From the NCBI RefSeq assembly GCF_963921235.1, contig NC_086108.1, forward strand, positions 65,660,001 to 65,724,000: DNA of 64,000 nucleotides, in the 5' to 3' direction. The notes beneath the pieces are model-generated. The model was not told where the DNA came from. It made no database searches and saw only the letters and a list, made by a program, of their open reading frames with translations. How positions within the stretch are numbered: the stretch's first letter is position 1; each line of letters begins with the position of its first letter. Shown here piece after piece: positions 13,794 through 25,615 of the stretch. Made by a program: the position numbers and the translations under genes. This stretch comes from Mobula hypostoma. Lineage: Eukaryota.

Positions 13794-14537
13794 CACCTGT
13801 ACCAGTTCAGGGTTTTGTAACTCTGATCTCACCGGGTCTCACCAGGTCACTAATGATGTAGCAAAAATTAAAACAGAGTTTGTATTATATAGTATTTGAT
13901 CACTTTTATCAGAGTCATTCCAAATTATATTTATTGAAATGACATTACTAAATGTTTTTGTGCAATCAGTTTTCTAATGCAAAGATCCACAATTGAAATA
14001 CCAGTTTTTGGTTGATTTATTTCAATGAGAAGAATGTTGCCTGTATTGCTGTGTCACAGCTTTTGAATATTGTACCAGATGCTTTATATTTCCAGAACTG
14101 CAAGTGCAGTCAAACCCATAGTTTAGCCTAAAGCATAACCAAGACTACAATGATGCCTCAGTATTGCTTTGAAGTATTAAACTTTTGAGCCCAAATTCTG
14201 CAATAAAACTTGATGTGTAGACTAAAGGGATGAGCTTTATTTGTCACATGTACATCAAAGCACGCAGTGAAGTGTGTTGTTTGTGTCAACGACCAACACA
14301 GTCCAAGGATTGTGCTGGGAGCCATATAGCATTTCACAGCTTACTAACCCTAAGCCATATGTAAGAAGCTTGAGCTAAGAATATTACCAATTAACAAAGT
14401 TATGTCCCACAGACAAGAATTTGCTGATAACCAGAATCAGAATCAGATTTATTGCCACTAGTCATTGCTTATTGGCATCAGTCATGAAATGTGTTGTTTT
14501 GTGGGAACTGTAGTGCAGGCATAAAAAATTACTATGA

Positions 14538-15040
14538 ACTCAGTGGCCACTTTATTAGGTACACCTGTACTCTTGCTCAATAATGCAAATATCTAATCAG
14601 TTGCAACAGCAGCTCAATGCATAAAAACATACAGACATGGTCAAGAGGTTCATTTGTTGTTCAGACCAAACATTAGAATGTTGGAAAAAAATGATATTTA
14701 AGTGACTTTGATTGTCGGGATGATGGGATGGTTTGAGTATCTCAAAAACTGCTGATCTGGGGTATTCACACACAACATTTTCTAGGGTTCACAGAGAATG
14801 GCATGGGAGACAAAAATAACATCCAGTGAGTGGCAGTTAATTAATGAGAGGTCAGAGGAGAATGGCCAGACTGGTTCAAGCTGACAGGAAGGCGGCGGTA
14901 ATTCAAGTAACCATGCGTTACAACAGTGGTGTGCAGAAGAACATTTATGAATTCACAGCATGCCAAACCTTGATGGGTTACTTAGCAGAAGGCCAAAAAC
15001 ATACAGAAAAACATGCACCTATGGCTAATAAAAATAACCA
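14538..15040 (+). mobile_element. Tc1/mariner-derived non-autonomous element inside a LINE 3' tail remnant
   Basis: TIR cagtggccactttattaggtacac; transposase HTH remnant RGQRRMARLVQADRKA...YNSGVQKNI (ORF 14844-15044); second copy at 29207-29720. Confidence 0.75.
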
Positions 15041-16307
15041 GTAGGAATAATTTACAATAAAAACATTGTGCAAAAGTGGAATAACGAGATCATGCTTGTG
15101 GGTTACATAGAACATTACAGCACAGTGCAGGTCTTCATGGACCATTTAGAAATCTGAAGAACCTGTTCCTAAAACACTGAGTGTTGGTCTTCAGGGCCCT
15201 GTACCTCCTGATGTGGGTAATGAGAAGAGGACATGACTCTCCACTGATCTGTTTCTTTTTAATTTTTGTGGGTGAATTGAACATTGATCAGGAAATGGGC
15301 AATAACTTCCTGATTAATATTCAACTTAGTGCTTTGGAAGCTTATATGTTTGTCTGAGAGAGCAGGGTTAATATCTCATCTGAAAGATTTTACCTCCTAC
15401 TAGGGTGTCAGCATGGATTTCACCAGATTGCAAATGAAGTAGAGCTTTCTAGCTGAAGCAAAAGTGTTATCTTTTGAGCCATGAGTGACATTTAAAGTAC
15501 TGATATTAATCTCAGTATAACAATGTAAATTGCACTCTTGCTAATGCAAAACTACATTTTCTTTTCCCTGCAAAGCATTCTGAGTTTCTATTTCAGGCAG
15601 TAATAATTTGAGAATTTGATGTTTGCCTTCCATTTCACGTAAAAGCCTGGCCACACAAAAAATCCTCGAGGCTTAATTGATTGGGTTTTCAAATGAGGCG
15701 AAAAATGGTTGAAAAGCCTATCTTTAAATAATCAATGTAAATATGTAAATAGAGTCATAAGCCAAACATAAGACATCACTCAAAGTTTTCACAAATGGTA
15801 AAATATGGTATCAGGTAAGTACTAACCATTATATAAAAACCATTGATCAGGGAAACCAGTAGTCCTTAAAAAGATCCTTGAGGCCACTCACAAAACTGTC
15901 ATTATTTTTCTTGAGGCCAACATAAGCAATTACCTATTCTCTAAAGTTCCCTTACTCTTTACATACAGAATGGGGGAAATGTCTTGTAGAATAAACAATA
16001 TATGAAGCAAACAGATCAGTAGGAAAATATGGGGATATATAAGAAACAAGGTTATGTTACATAAAATATTATAATTTTTTTTAAAAACCTTCAAAAACTA
16101 ACATAACAGCAGTGATGTGAAATATCAATTAAAAACAGAATGAATCAAAAATTTAAATATCCCTAAACTTGATGTATTAAAATATGTTAACATGAAATAC
16201 CAAAATATAAGGCAAAAAACTCACGAAATGTATGGTCACTTTAATTACTCAACCTTTTGAATATTACACAATATTCTAACCCCTCACTCTGCACAAGCAT
16301 AAGCTTT

Positions 16308-16625
16308 GGGCTTCATGGTAGTGTAGTGGCTAGCACAATTCTTTTCAGTGCCAGCGATCACCAATTGGTGTACAATTCCTGCCACTGTCTGTTAGGAGCT
16401 TGTATGTTCTCTGCATACCCGCTGGTTCCAAGTCCTCTGGTTTCCTCCCACATCCCAAAGTCGTACGGACTGCGGCTAGTAGGTTGTGATCATGCTATGT
16501 TGGTGGTGGAGCCATGGTGACACTTGCAAGCTGCCTCCAGCACATCTTGGATGAATAGTTCGTTGGCACAAAAGATGCATTTTATTGTATGTTTTGACAT
16601 GCACGTGACAAATAAAACCAATCTA
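16308..16625 (+). mobile_element. Degenerate tRNA-derived SINE
   Basis: A-box-like tggtagtgtagtgg head, central ggagcttgtatgttctc, tail gacaaataaaacc. Confidence 0.55.
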
Positions 16626-17203
16626 AATCCATTCTGTCATCTGATCTGAGCATCTCTTCCAATTTACCTTGATCAATGTTGGACTTGTTTGTAGAGTTTT
16701 GGACTTATCACCTGACTTAGAAATGAGCTTAATATGTCATCAGCTTGCTCTTAATGGCTGATGACATATCAATGTCTTTAAAGTATTTTCTGTTCTAAAT
16801 TTGTGAAACTGTGAATAATATCTTGGTCAGAATTGTAGTGTGGGCTTTACGCCGGTTATGAACACCTGGTATACAGACACCTCTACTTACGAATGAGCTC
16901 CCGTTATATTATTAAATGCAAAAGTCTAATGTACTGTACTACTGTACATATGTTCATTCCCATAAACACCAGAACTGGTTTCCCCTCTCCCTCCACATGT
17001 AGTATTTGTTTTTCCTTATCAGTCCTATGTACTTCTGATGCCATTAATTACCATATTACTAAATTCATAACTGGCTTGCCCGTAGAAAACAGAGGGTAGT
17101 GGGTTTATTCTAGATGGAGATCTGTTATTTATGGTGTTCTGCAGGGATCTGTAGTGGGAGCTCTGCTGTTTATGATTTATATAAATGACATAGATGAAAA
17201 TGT

Positions 17204-18822
17204 AACACACATCAAAGTTGCTGGTGAACGCAGCAGGCCAAGCAGCATCTATAGGAAGAGGCGCAGTCGACGTTTCAGGCCGAGACCCTTCGTCAGGACT
17301 AACTGAAGGAAGAGTGAGTAAGGGATTTGAAAGCTGGAGGGGGAGGGGGAGATCCAAAATGATAGGAGAAGACAGGAGGGGGAGGGATGGAGCCGAGAGC
17401 TGGACAGGTGATAGGCAGAAGGGGATACGAGAGGATCATGGGACAGGAGGTCCGGGAAGAAAGACGGGGGGGGTGACCCAGAGGATGGGCAAGAGGTATA
17501 TTCAGAGGGACAGAGGGAGAAAAAGGAGAGTGAGAGAAAGAATGTGTGCATAAAAAAGAGTAACAGATGGGGTACGAGGGGGAGGTGGGGCCTAGCGGAA
17601 GTTAGAGAAGTCAATGTTCATGCCATCAGGTTGGAGGCTACCCATATGGAATATAAGGTGTTGTTCCTCCAACCTGAGTGTGGCTTCATCTTTACAGTAG
17701 AGGAGGCCGTGGATAGACATGTCAGAATGGGAATGGGATGTGGAATTAAAATGTGTGGCCACTGGGAGATCCTGCTTTCTCTGGCGGACAGAGCGTAGAT
17801 GTTCAGCAAAGCGGTCTCCCAGTCTGCGTCGGGTCTCACCAATATATAAAAGGCCACATCGGGAGCACCGGACGCAGTATATCACCCCAGTCGACTCACA
17901 GGTGAAGTGATGCCTCACCTGGAAGGACTGTTTGGGGCCCTGAATGGTGGTAAGGGAGGAAGTGTAAGGGCATGTGTAGCACTTGTTCCGCTTACACGGA
18001 TAAGTGCCAGGAGGGAGATCAGTGGGGAGGGATGGGGGGGACGAATGGACAAGGGAGTTGTGTAGGGAGCGATCCCTGTGGAATGCAGAGAGAGGGGGGG
18101 AGGGAAAGATATGCTTAGTGGTGGGATCCCGTTGGAGGTGGCGGAAGTTACGGAGAATAATATGTTGGACCCGGAGGCTGGTGGGGTGGTAGGTGAGGAC
18201 CAGGGGAACCCTATTCCTAGTGGGGTGGTGGGAGGATGGAGTGAGAGCAGATGTACGTGAAATGGGGGAGATGCGTTTAAGAGCAGAGTTGATAGTGGAG
18301 GAAGGGAAGCCCCTTTCTTTAAAAAATGAAGACATCTCCCTCGTCCTAGAATGAAAAGCCTCATCCTGAGAGCAGATGCGGCGGAGACGGAGGAATTGCG
18401 AGAAGGGGATGGCGTTTTTGCAAGAGACAGGGTGAGAAGAGGAATAGTCCAGATAGCTGTGAGAGTCAGTAGGCTTATAGTAGACATATACCTCTTGCCC
18501 ATCCTCTGGGTCACCCCCCCCCCCGTCTTTCTTCCCGGCCCTCCTGTCCCATGATCCTCTCGTATCCCCTTCTGCCTATCACCTGTCCAGCTCTCGGCTC
18601 CATCCCTCCCCCTCCTGTCTTCTCCTATCATTTTGGATCTCCCCCTCCCCCTCCAGCTTTCAAATCCCTTACTCACTCTTCCTTCAGTTAGTCCTGACGA
18701 AGGGTCTCGGCCTGAAACGTCGACTGCGCCTCTTCCTATAGATGCTGCTTGGCCTGCTGCGTTCACCAGCAACTTTGATATGTGTTGCTTGAATTTCCAG
18801 CATCTGCAGAATTCCTGTTGTT
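17204..18822 (-). mobile_element. Penelope-like element, 5'-truncated, GIY-YIG endonuclease, with an inverted ~300-bp pLTR copy
   Basis: ORF 17592-18335 has CKRNKCYTC and GVIYCVRCSRCGLLYIGETRRRLGDRFAEH; arms ~17204-17501 and ~18486-18786 are near-perfect inverted repeats; TSD tagatgaaaatgt at 17191-17203 and 18823-18835. Confidence 0.95.
18690..18725 (+). ncRNA. Minimal type I hammerhead ribozyme in a Penelope pLTR
   Basis: AGUC-CUGACGA-AGG(gucucgg)CCU-GAAA-CG-UC-GACU: helix I AGUC/GACU, core CUGANGA and GAAA, GUC cleavage triplet, palindromic ACGU. Further copies at 17265-17300(-), 13658-13693(+), 46157-46191(-), 59494-59529(+). Confidence 0.8.
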
Positions 18823-19189
18823 TAGATGAAAATGTAGATGGGTTAATAAGTTTGCAGATGATACAAAAATTGGTGGTGTTGTGGATAGTGTAGTAGACTG
18901 GCAAAAAATACAGCGGGATATAGATTAATTGCAGATATGAGTGGAGAAATGGCAGATGTAGTTGAACCCAAACAAATGTGAAGTGTTGTACCTTGGTAGA
19001 TTAAATGTAATGAAAGGGTGGTAGGGTTGATAGGGTGGTTAAGAAAGGCACATGGCATGCTTGCCTTTATTGGTCCAGGCATTGTGTTCAAAAGTCGGGA
19101 AGTTGTGTTGCAGCTTTATGAAACTCTTAGGCCACATCTGGGGAATTGTATATACTATGGGAAGGATGTTGAGGCTTTGGAGAGGATGA

Positions 19190-19563
19190 AGCATCTCTTC
19201 TGCTTTCACTGGGGATTCCACATTAGCACTTGCCTTGTGATGTTGGTACTTGGTTACATGTCCTATCCATCACCAAATTCTTTTCCTTAATTCTTCTTGC
19301 ACTGATAACTGGTGTGTTTTCAGCCATTGACCAATGTTGCTGATGACATCTGGCCATCGGATCTGGAGGATTTTCCTCAGATGGCTACTAATGCAGTTCT
19401 GCACTTTCCTGATGACAGACTTTGTTGTCCTCCATGTCTCTGCTTTGTACAGAAGAACTGACTTCATATTGGAGTTGAACAGCCTGATCTTAGTACATGA
19501 TGACAGCTCCTTGGAGCACCAGATGTTCTTGAGCTGGGTGATAGTTGAAGGCAACAACCTCTT
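19190..19563 (-). mobile_element. RTE-clade LINE 3' fragment
   Basis: ORF 19270-19566 KNIWCSKELSSCTKIRLFNSNMKSVLLYKAETW...LRKILQIRWPDVISN. Confidence 0.8.
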
Positions 19564-19584
19564 CAAGTAGACTTCCCTTGAGCA

Positions 19585-20548
19585 TGAGGGCCAGATCAGA
19601 GGTATTCAGCTCTAGTGATCAAGTATGATACAAGAGGTCCAGGTATGATCTCCGGAAAGTCATCACCTGGGCAAAGTGGCAATTCCGGACAAAACATGAA
19701 TCACTGAAGGTTTCTCAACAGCTGTGGCAGGGTCTGAATGCTATTACCTCTTACCAAGTGAGATCAAGCAACATAGGTGACAACAGGGGTTTGCTTGCAG
19801 ATGAGCTTAATGACTTCTATGCACGTTTGACTGTCAAAACGCAGAGGTACTTGGCTGAGTACTAAAGATCTGTGCTGATCAACTGGCTGGAATGTTCCCC
19901 AACATCTTCAGCTTCTTGCTTCGGTAGTCTGAGGTCAAGCAGGTTTCAGTCATACCGCTACCCAAAAAGAACATGGTAACCTGCCTCAATAACTATTGTC
20001 CGCCTATTGTCCAATCGCACTTACGTCCACTGTGATGAAGTGGTTTGAGAGGTTGATGATGAAATATATCAACTCCTGCGTAACAAACGACTTGGATCTG
20101 CTCCAGTTTTCCTACCGGCACAACAGGTCCACAGTAGATGCAATTTCATTGGCACTTCACTCAACTTGGAACATATGGACAGCAAAGCTGCATATATCAG
20201 GGTGCTCTTTATAGACTACAGCTCGGTATTCAATGCTATCATCCCCTCAAAAATAATCAATGCTTCAAGACCTAGGCCTCAATACCTCCTCCTCTTTGAT
20301 CCTTGATTTCTTCATTTGCAGACCCCAGTCAGATTAGATTGGCAACAACATCTCTTCCATAATCTCCATCAGCACAGGTGCACCAAGAGGCTGTGTGCTT
20401 GTGTGCTAGCTCCCTTCTCTACTCACTTTACACTTCTGACTGTGTGGCTAAGCACAACGCTGATAACACTACAGTTGCTGGCCAAATCAATGATGGTGAC
20501 AAATCAGCATGTAGGAGGGAGAATGAAAATCTGGCTCAGTGGTGCCAC
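19585..20548 (+). mobile_element. Rex1/Babar-type LINE RT fragment
   Basis: AYCPIALTSTVMKWFERL, LQFSYRHNRSTVDAIS, LYSLYTSDCVAKH. Confidence 0.8.
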
Positions 20549-20550
20549 AC

Positions 20551-21389
20551 ACAAAGAGGAGAAAATCTGCAGATGCTGGAAATCTGAGCAACACACTCAA
20601 AATGCTGGAGGAACTCAGCAGACCAGGCAGCATCTATGGAAAAGAGTACAGTCGACGTTTTGAGCCAAAACCCTTCAGCAGGACTGGAGAGAAAAAGCTG
20701 AGGAGTAGCTTTAAAAGGTGTTGGGGTGGGGGGCGCGGAGGAGATACACAAGGTGATGGGTGAAACTTGGAAGGGGAGGGGATGAAATAAAGAGCTGGGA
20801 AGTAAATTGGTGAAGAGACAGAAGACCATGGAAGAAAGAAAAGTGGGGAAGAGCAACAGAGGGAGGCGATGAGCGGGGAAGGAGATAACGTGAGAGAGGG
20901 AAAAGGGGATGGGAAATGGTGAGGGGGGCTATAATGGAAGTTCGCAAAATCAACGTTCATGCCTTTGGATAGGAGGCTACCCAAACAGAATATAAGATGT
21001 TGTTCCTCCAGCCTAAGTGTGGCCTTATCACGACAGTGGAGGAGGCCATGGACAGACATATCGGAATGGGAATGGGAAGTGGAATTAAAATGGGTGATCC
21101 TGCTTTATCTGGCGGACAGAGTGTAGGTGTTCGGTGAAGCAGACTCTCAACTTGCGTCGGGTCTCACAGATACACAGGAGGCCACACTGGGAGCACCGGA
21201 CACAGAATATGACCCGAACAGACTCACGGGTGAAGTGTCGCCTCACCTGGAAGGACTGTTTCAGGCCCTGAATGGTAGTGAGAGAAGAGATGTAGCGGCA
21301 GGTGTAATACTTGTTCCACTTGTAAGGATAAGTGCCAGGAGGGAGATCAGTGGGGAGGGACGAATGGACAAGGGAGTCATGCAGGAACT
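20551..21389 (-). mobile_element. Penelope-like element 3' fragment (second subfamily)
   Basis: VIFCVRCSQCGLLCICETRRKL (21085-21465), LRLEEQHLIFCLGSL (20634-21059), and a diverged hammerhead at ~20650-20685. Confidence 0.85.
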
Positions 21390-21660
21390 TTGACTGGCCT
21401 CTCAGACTTAATGTACTTGCCAGACAGTTTCTTGGTGGTGTCGTGCAGCTTCTGCTTGCTGCCACACCCTGCTGATTGTCCTGCTTCTGCTGCTAGGCCC
21501 TCTATATACTAAGGTTTTTCTGCTTTCACACTTTTTTTCCCTGTCCCGTGAGCCTCTGCATGCTCTTCCTTTACGAAAGCACAGGACAGCCTGTGCTCTC
21601 ATAATAAAAATAAAGTCATGGACAGAAATATTGTGACTAACTAATCATTTTCTGATTCAG

Positions 21661-21784
21661 GTCACCACAGTGCATGAACATAACGTTAGAGAAGGGACCG
21701 GATGGACTGGGATTCAGTATTGTTGGAGGACACGGAAGTCCCCACGGAGATCTGCCGATCTATGTTAAAACAGTGTTTGCTAAG
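21661..21784 (+). CDS. PATJ: PATJ internal exon (first half of last PDZ domain): SPQCMNITLEKGPDGLGFSIVGGHGSPHGDLPIYVKTVFAK
   Basis: Branch-point-like tgactaac, acceptor tctgattcag, donor aag|gtaatt; 124 nt, phase 2-0, compatible with the previous exon; GLGF loop. Confidence 0.95.
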
Positions 21785-22723
21785 GTAATTCTGTAAACAT
21801 ATGTTTAATTTTTGGCTAATATTTAAACATTACATGAAAGAAAAGAGAGAATTAATTATTGTTGAATTATTCTTCTAAGGTATACTTATGTTCATATTCA
21901 AATTCTATTTTTCCAAAGCAAACTGGATGTAGACACGTTTCTGTTACAGGGTTTCATAAACCATCTCTCCTTTCATTACATTTAAGATCACCAATTTAAT
22001 CTGAAACTGTTTTCCAGTAACAAAATGAGATTATGCAAACGTTCCCAAAGGACTGTTGGATCGATCGAAAGAAGGCTTTGGCCTTGTCACTTAATTTAGG
22101 ATTTTTCCCAGAAAGCTGGATGAGTAGTTTTTCTATTAATAATTTCTGATTTGTATGGTTAAGATAGATTTTTATTTTTACAAAGTCTGACCTAAAAGAG
22201 GGATTGATTTTTGATATGGAGGAAATTTTAAATACTCTATCTGTGGAGCCAATACTGAAAACAAACGCCAATAATTTGAATAAGGGTTTGTCATCTGAGG
22301 AGAAATTAAGGAGCCTTGGCCTATTCCCTGCTGTGATATTCAGCACTAGGAGTTGTAACCTCACAATAAGGGATTGGCCACTCAGAATGGAAATAAGAAA
22401 AAAATTCACACTTTGAGACTACTGAATCTTTGACATTTTTTAAACAATAATGGTAGTTTGAAATAATTATTCTAAGGGAATTTGACCCCTCATACATTTA
22501 GCTTTTCAATGCTAGAGTAGTCGTTTAGCAGCAGTTATGGCACATTGTTAAAATCTCAATTGCATCTCATTCAATAATTTAATTTTCTTATGAGTTTTTA
22601 TAACCAGATTAGTAGAACTTCCATCTTTCGGAACTAGTACCCTATCACCCCCACCCTAATAATTTGTTCCAGACTGAGAGGAACTTACATCTTATTGATT
22701 TTTTTACTGTTGGCCTTTTGCAG

Positions 22724-22870
22724 GGAGCAGCAACAGATGACAACAGGTTAAAGCGAGGAGATCAGATTTTAGCAGTAAATGGGGAAAGTTTGGAAGGCGT
22801 CACACATGAACAGGCTGTCGCTATTCTGAAAAAGCAGAAAGGAACTGTAACGTTAACAGTGTTGTCATGA
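22724..22870 (+). CDS. PATJ: PATJ terminal coding exon: GAATDDNRLKRGDQILAVNGESLEGVTHEQAVAILKKQKGTVTLTVLS*
   Basis: ccttttgcag acceptor, phase 0, TGA at 22868-22870; completes the last PDZ domain. Confidence 0.95.
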   Translation, partial: GAATDDNRLKRGDQILAVNGESLEGVTHEQAVAILKKQKGTVTLTVLS

Positions 22871-25615
22871 AGATTACAATGTGGCCATGATTAATCCTGA
22901 TATATCTGTTTAAATTCTGCCAGGAAATGGTGTTGCATTGCCAAAAGCAGGAATGTAATTAAACTATGTTTGTCTGACTTTGGACCTGATTTTCTTTTCT
23001 TTTATTGCATTATAGTATTTATCAGTGTTGCTCTGTTGAAGGGAGGAATAACCAAACTACTGAGTGTCAATCACTGTGCTTTGGACTTGCGAAAAAAAAC
23101 TGCCTATTAATCTAACCCAGCTGCAGCTTCTTGAGAAATCTCACTAAGTGCTTTCATATTGTGTACCATGTTGCTATAATAAATTGCTGACTCTGGAGTG
23201 CCTGAGCCTGATATTGGATACATAGGTATAGATTTTGGTTTTCATAGTTGTGGCAATGATCTGTTTGAACAGATTACCCAATCTTTGTAGAACCCATATG
23301 GATTTAATTAATTGATTTTACTCCTCTTTTTCACTGTGTACAATATTTTTTGAACAATTTATTTTGATTTTTTTCAGATCCTGATTGTGACTTGTGTTTG
23401 AATTTTTTTTAACTTCCTTGTCATGGTAACGAATTGCGTATATTTACAATATGAGAGCATGTTGAGTCTCATGAAATTTTAAAAAACAGCTTTCACTGTT
23501 GAATATTTCTAACTGCTTAGAGAAAATATCTTACATGCCATTTACCTACTTTAACTCATTTTCCAGTAATGTACAGGCTTAATTAACCTTTTCAACAGGT
23601 ATTATAGATTGACAATATGAATTAGTCAGAAAACAGGCCTGGAACCAATCACCCATTATTTTCTCGCTTTTGTTGTCTGTGACCTTATGGTTAAAAATAT
23701 ATTGAAAACAAGCTCACGATCCTCTCTTCTAACTCAGTGTGGGAAGTAGTGTCCATTGGATCCTAGGTTAAAAGGGAATATCTTCCTTCTTTTCTTTGTC
23801 TTCTCCACCCTATGCTATCCTCTTTGCAAATGAAAACAAACTTTTTTCTCTCTATGTCCGATGAAAATTTCAGATCTGAAATGTTAACTATATCTTTCTG
23901 TCCAACGTGTTGTAATTTTCCATTATTTTCTATCTTTATTTAAGAATTGTATCATAGGAAGATTTTTGATTTTTTGGTGCAGCTGCCTTTCTGAGATAAG
24001 GTAGATATTCCCCGATGAGAATGGATCAACTCCATCTATTTGAGAGTTATTATCTTTGCAGTTGTTAAATCACCACATTTCAAATAAAAAATAAATGGGG
24101 TTAGAGCTTTACCTAAATTGTTAAAAATGCACATTCTCAATCACATTAGGCATAGAGCCTCACTAAATGCAGCACAATTCATATCAAAAGTCGAAGATTT
24201 CGTAATGTCCATCAGGAATTTTTTAGTGCCCTCAGTAACTACAAACTCCAAATGATTTAATCATGTAGGTGCTGACTGCTACTTCAAAGTTCAAAATCAA
24301 TTTATAATCGAAGTACATATACGTCACCATGTACAACCCTGAGATTCATTTTCGTCTTTTAACTTGTGTCTACTGTAGTAATATTGGTTGAATGCTTCGT
24401 GGGTAATAACCAATCTGAGGACCAATCCACTCTCTTTGCTTTTACATGTCACCTTTGTTCTTAAGCTAACAGCCTTTTGGGAATTTGATTAGTTTCTGCT
24501 TTTCTAAGTTGGCATATGTGAAGTATTTTTTTTGAAAAATAAACAGATTATGCCTGTGGTCACATTAAGTATTCCAGTATCATACAGCCTGGGGCCATTT
24601 TAGCCTCACTTATCTCCTTCGGCAGACTCACTGCATTGTGCCTTTGGCTCTCTATTTACAATGTTCAGGACAAATAACTGAAATTAGGAGCTTCTTGTAC
24701 AGGAATCACACTTTCAAGCATGTGGTCCATTATTCCCAGCTCAAGCATTTCTCAGAGTGGACTTGAATGAGAAGTTCAGGTAGGATGTTAGTAATATTTA
24801 TTCAAAACTATAACAGCAGAGGTTAGTGCCATATTTTGTCACATAAATATAAGGAACTCTTTTGTGATTTAAAGAAGTGACACAGAAAGATAGAGTAAAA
24901 AAATCTATTTTGCTACGGGACTTCATGTTGCTTCCATTTTAATGAAACAGATTATAATACATTCACATCTCTAGTGTCTGTACATGATTCTTTGTGGTGG
25001 TGAATATCACCTTCTGTTCCCACTCAAATCTACATCTCAAAATAGGTTTTTGCCTGAACAATTTTTGCATATTCAGTTAAACATTTAATTATAAATTTTG
25101 ACAAAAATAATAAATTTGAGAGATATAATATTGCAAAAATAGTTTACCAGATCAATTTATTTAATACAATAATTGTTTCTGATAAGTGGTGTTTTGAATT
25201 TTATTTCATTTCAGTGTAAATACAAGATAGTTTTATGGAAAGTGAAGGAAATTTGTTAATATGTGAGTTGATGCTCTGAAAGTTAATTCAATTGTAATTC
25301 AACTTAGAACCTTTCAGGACATTATAAAGAGTTACAGTATATGTGCTTTCTGTTTCTAATTACTTCCTAGTTCAACTTTGCCCCCTCCTCTCCAAAATTA
25401 TTGCTCTTGCTAGGCTGTGATCCCACAGATCAAGCATATCTCACTGATGGTTATTCTTTATGTATGAGATTAGACAGTGGATATTAGTTTAGTTCTATAT
25501 GTAATTTAATTATGTTTTATGTCAGTGTTTGATGTTTTGAATTGTGTATGTATCATTGTGCACATGTGCAAGGATTAATATGAACCTTGAATAAACTAGA
25601 GAGAAGTTTTAGATC
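22871..25615 (+). other. PATJ: Probable PATJ 3' UTR; candidate poly(A) signals AATAAA at 23178, ~24083 and 25590
   Basis: AT-rich, TE-poor sequence after the stop; the signal at 25590-25595 is followed by pyrimidine/U-rich sequence; the true 3' end cannot be fixed from sequence alone. Confidence 0.5.

Larger units (their letters stand above)
17090..19188 (+). mobile_element. Old CR1 RT fragment interrupted by the Penelope element at 17204-18822
   Basis: GVLQGSVVGALLFMIYINDIDEN before the insertion; VDGLIS and LAFIGPGIVFKSREVVLQLY after it. Confidence 0.8.

Noticed and set aside
17915..18904. 329-aa minus-strand ORF
   Set aside because: Chimeric reading across the inverted pLTR and an off-frame Penelope segment.
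21996..22416. Overlapping intronic ORFs of 137 and 70 aa
   Set aside because: AT-rich intron sequence with no recognisable domain, and the flanking PATJ exons already join in frame.
8367..22870. MPDZ as the identity of the PDZ exons
   Set aside because: The SINGQPLD...KNAYG and ADTNI.AIA.QL.NM segments match PATJ as recalled.
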